This document shows positions 61,967 through 64,000 of a stretch of DNA of 64,000 bases, piece after piece. The notes under the pieces are model-generated. The model saw nothing but the letters and a program-made list of their open reading frames with translations. It made no database searches and was not told the origin of the DNA. The position numbers and the translations under genes were made by a program. Source of the stretch: Leucoraja erinacea (lineage: Eukaryota). Each line of letters starts with the position of its first letter. Position 1 is the first letter of the stretch. The stretch is from assembly GCF_028641065.1 (NCBI RefSeq), contig NC_073396.1:13020001-13084000 (forward strand). Reading direction: 5' to 3'.

Positions 61967-64000
61967 TATAACCATATAATAACAATTACAGCACGGAAAC
62001 AGGCCATCTCGGCCCTTCTAGTCCGTGCTGAACACGTATTATCCCCTAGTCCCATCTACCTGCACTCAGACCATTCCTTTCCCGTCCATTATAACTATCC
62101 AATTTATTTTTAAATGATAAAATCGAACCTGCCTCCACCACCTTCACTAGAAGCTCATTCCACACAGCTACCACTCTCTGAGTAAAGAAGTTCCCCCTCA
62201 TGTTACCCCTAAACTTCTGTCCCTTAATTCTCAAGTCATGTCCTCTTGTTTGAATCTTCCCTACTCTCAGTGGGAAAAGCTTATCCACGTCAACTCTGTC
62301 TATTCCTCTCATCATTTTAAAGACCTCTATCAAGTCCCCCCTTAACCTTCTGTGCTCCAAAGAATAAAGACCTAACTTGTTCAACCTTTCTCTGTAACTT
62401 AGTTGCTGAAACCCAGGCAACATTCCAGTAAATCTCCTCTGTACTCTCTCTATTTTGTTGACATCCTTCCTATAATTAGGCAACCAAAATTGTACACCAT
62501 ACTACAGAATTGGCCTCACCAATGCCTTGTACAATTTTAACATTACATCCCAACTTCTATACTCAATACTCTGATTTATAAAGGCCAGCACACCAACAGC
62601 TTTATTTACCACCCTATCTACATGAGATTCCACCTTCAGGGAACTGTGCACAGTTATTCCCAGATCCCTCTGTTCAACTGCATTCTTCAATTCCCTACCA
62701 TTTACCATGTACGTCCTATTTTGATTTGTCCTGCCAAGATGTAGCACCTCACACTTATCAGCATTAAACTCCATCTGCCATCTTTCAGCCCACACTTCCA
62801 ACTGGCATAAATCTCCCTGTAGACTTTGAAAATCTACTTCATTATCCACAACACCACCTATCTTAGTATCATCTGCATACTTACTAATCCAATTTACCAC
62901 ACCATCATCCAGATCATTGATGTACATGACAAACAACAGTGGACCCAACACAGATCCCTGTGGCACCTCACTCGTCACTGGCCTCCAACCTGACAAACAG
63001 CCATCCACCATTACTCTCTGGCATCTCCTATTCAGCCACTGTTGAATCCATCTTGCTACTCCACCATTAATACCCAACAATTGAACCTTCTTAACCAACC
63101 TTCCATGAGGAACCTTGTCAAAGGCCTTACTGAAGTCCATATATACAACATCCACTGCTTTACCCTCATCAATTTCCCGAGTAACCTCTTCAAAAAATTC
63201 AAGAAGATTAGTCAAACATGACCTTCCAGGCACAAATCCATGTTGACTGTTCCTAATCCAGATGCTTATATATATTATCTCTAAGTATCCTTTCCATTAA
63301 TTTGCCCACCACTGACGTCAAACTAACAGGTCTATAATTGCTAGGTTTACTCTTGGAACCCTTTTTAAACAATGGAACAACATGCGCAGTACGCCAATCT
63401 TCCGGCACTATTCCCGTTTCTAATGACATTTGAAATATTTCTGTCAATAGCCCCTGCTATTTCTACACTAACTTCTCTCAATGTCCTTGGGAATATCTTG
63501 TCCGGACCTGGAGACTTATCCACTTTTATATTTCTCAAAAGTGTCAGTACTTCCTCTTCTTTGAATCTCATAGTTTCCATAGCTACTCTACTTGTTTCCC
63601 TTACCTCACATAATTCAATATCCTTCTCCTTGGTGAATACCGAAGGAAATAAATTGTTCAATATCTCCCCCCATCTCTTTTGGCTCTGCAGATAGCTGTC
63701 CACTCTGACTCTCTAATGGACCAATTTTATCCCTCGTTATCCTTTTGCTATTAATATAGCTGTAGAAACCCTTTGGATTTACTTTCACCTTACTTGCCAA
63801 AGCAACCTCGTATCTTCTTTTAGCTTTTCTAATTTCTTTCTTAAGATTCTTTTTACATTCTTTGTACTCCTCAAGCACCTCATTTACTCCATGCTGCCTA
63901 TAATTATTGTAGATCTCTCTCTTTTTCTGAACCCAGTGTCCAATTTCCCTTGAAAACAATGGTTCTTTCCAATTTTTACTATTTCCTTTCAACCGAACAG
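61967..64000 (-). mobile_element. CR1 LINE of a different subfamily, runs off the window
   Basis: KSPGPD, NYRPVSLTSVVGK, YMDFSKAFDKV, VPQGSVLGPLLF, KYADDTK, with frameshifts. Confidence 0.94.

Overview
Vertebrate genomic DNA. The repeat content (CR1/HER1 LINEs, HE1-like V-SINEs, abundant Penelope-like fragments) suggests a cartilaginous fish such as a skate or ray; this is an inference. Three spliced genes can be rebuilt from GT-AG exons in a continuous frame. (1) An MFSD11-like (UNC-93 family) transporter on the minus strand, coding exons 1-9 at 16652->450, continuing off the left edge. (2) A complete UBFD1 on the plus strand, 7 exons at 21284-34306, 292 aa. (3) The first three exons of an IRE1-family gene, most likely ERN2, at 37745-61006, continuing off the right edge. 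The rest is largely decayed transposons (CR1, Penelope, Rex/Babar, Tc1, Tigger/pogo, a probable solo LTR, V-SINEs) plus a 131-N gap. The standout observation is a ~135-140 bp retroposon present in three copies (5287-5422 +, 23575-23707 -, 42343-42483 +). Each copy has target-site duplications and an (AAG)n tail. Its first 54 nt fold into a minimal, P4-less HDV/CPEB3-type self-cleaving ribozyme whose predicted cleavage site coincides with the element's 5' end. The Penelope terminal repeats also carry minimal hammerhead ribozyme motifs, so two kinds of ribozyme-bearing retroelement share the window.
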